DNA from: Octopus bimaculoides
Taxonomy: Eukaryota
DNA: 64,000 nt
Assembly (NCBI RefSeq): GCF_001194135.2
Contig: NC_068996.1
Coordinates: 25,994,034-26,058,033 of the forward strand
Reading direction: 5' to 3'
Both the position numbers and the translations under genes were made by a program. The notes under the pieces were generated by a model. The model worked only from the letters and a program-made list of their open reading frames with translations. It was not told where the DNA came from and made no database searches. Shown here in pieces: positions 63,386-64,000 of this stretch (its first letter is position 1; every line of letters starts with the position of its first letter).

Positions 63386-64000
63386 AGATGATGATGAGGA
63401 TGACAGTAGATGGTAAAAATTTATGACATGCATGTCTAATCCAGAGAGGGTGGTATTTTCCATTTCAATAAAAGACACTTGTTCAGATGTTTACATTTAA
63501 TAAAAGTTTCAGATCTAGAATTTAGTAGGTCAAAAGAGTTCTTAGATCTGAAATGAATACAAGATTTTTCAGTTAAACAAAGCCTGCATCTTTATGATTT
63601 GTTAACTTATGGTATGGATCGTTCCACAAAGCTCCTCTTAATGGTGTGTAGTGTGTAGCTGGCCTTCAGAACCTAGACATGGTTAGCTAACTTTATAGCT
63701 TTCTTCTTATTCAGCAGGTGGTAAACATTTTTTTTTTTTAAATCACTCTTGCATATACCAATGTACTGATCTAAATTCTAGACCTGAGATTTTTAATAAA
63801 TGTAAGCATCTGGACAAGTTTCTTTATTGAACTGGAAAACACCACACCCTCTAGATTAAGCATTCAGTCTCATAAACATTGAGCTTCTCCTCATTGAGAT
63901 GATTTACACCAGCTATTTTAATTCTAATTAGAATAGGCCAAAGGAATACAACTCAATTTTCATTTTTCTTTTACTCATTCCACATTTTCTTTTTATCTTC

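Overview
This is AT-rich, repeat-dominated animal genomic DNA from a gapped draft assembly. N runs lie at 2266-2687, 7062-7840, 8826-9384, 25716-25937, 33034-33276, 34504-34570, 35431-35440, 48148-48247, 49646-49655, 53294-53303 and 59372-59471. The tRNA-derived SINE families and dense (CA)n/(TA)n/(GA)n microsatellites point to an octopus-like cephalopod (inference). I could not identify any intact host protein-coding gene. The recognisable coding sequence is transposon-derived: L1/Tx1-like, RTE, CR1/L2-like and R4/Dong-like retroelement remnants, plus mariner, maT and hAT transposase remnants. Highlights: (1) two minimal type I hammerhead ribozyme motifs 352 nt apart in a tandem repeat (32380-32950), a retrozyme/Penelope-like arrangement; (2) a 1.78-kb ORF1-only (HAL1-like) Tx1-type element that shares its 3' tail with a SINE family and sits inside a SINE, which itself sits inside a hAT pseudogene interrupted three times (16850-23060); (3) a palindromic mariner derivative and a foldback element whose arms are built from SINE tails; (4) a CpG-retaining, promoter-like island at about 38-40.7 kb between CpG-depleted flanks. 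All alignments and translations outside the ORF track were done by eye, so coordinates without a TSD or TIR anchor are approximate.
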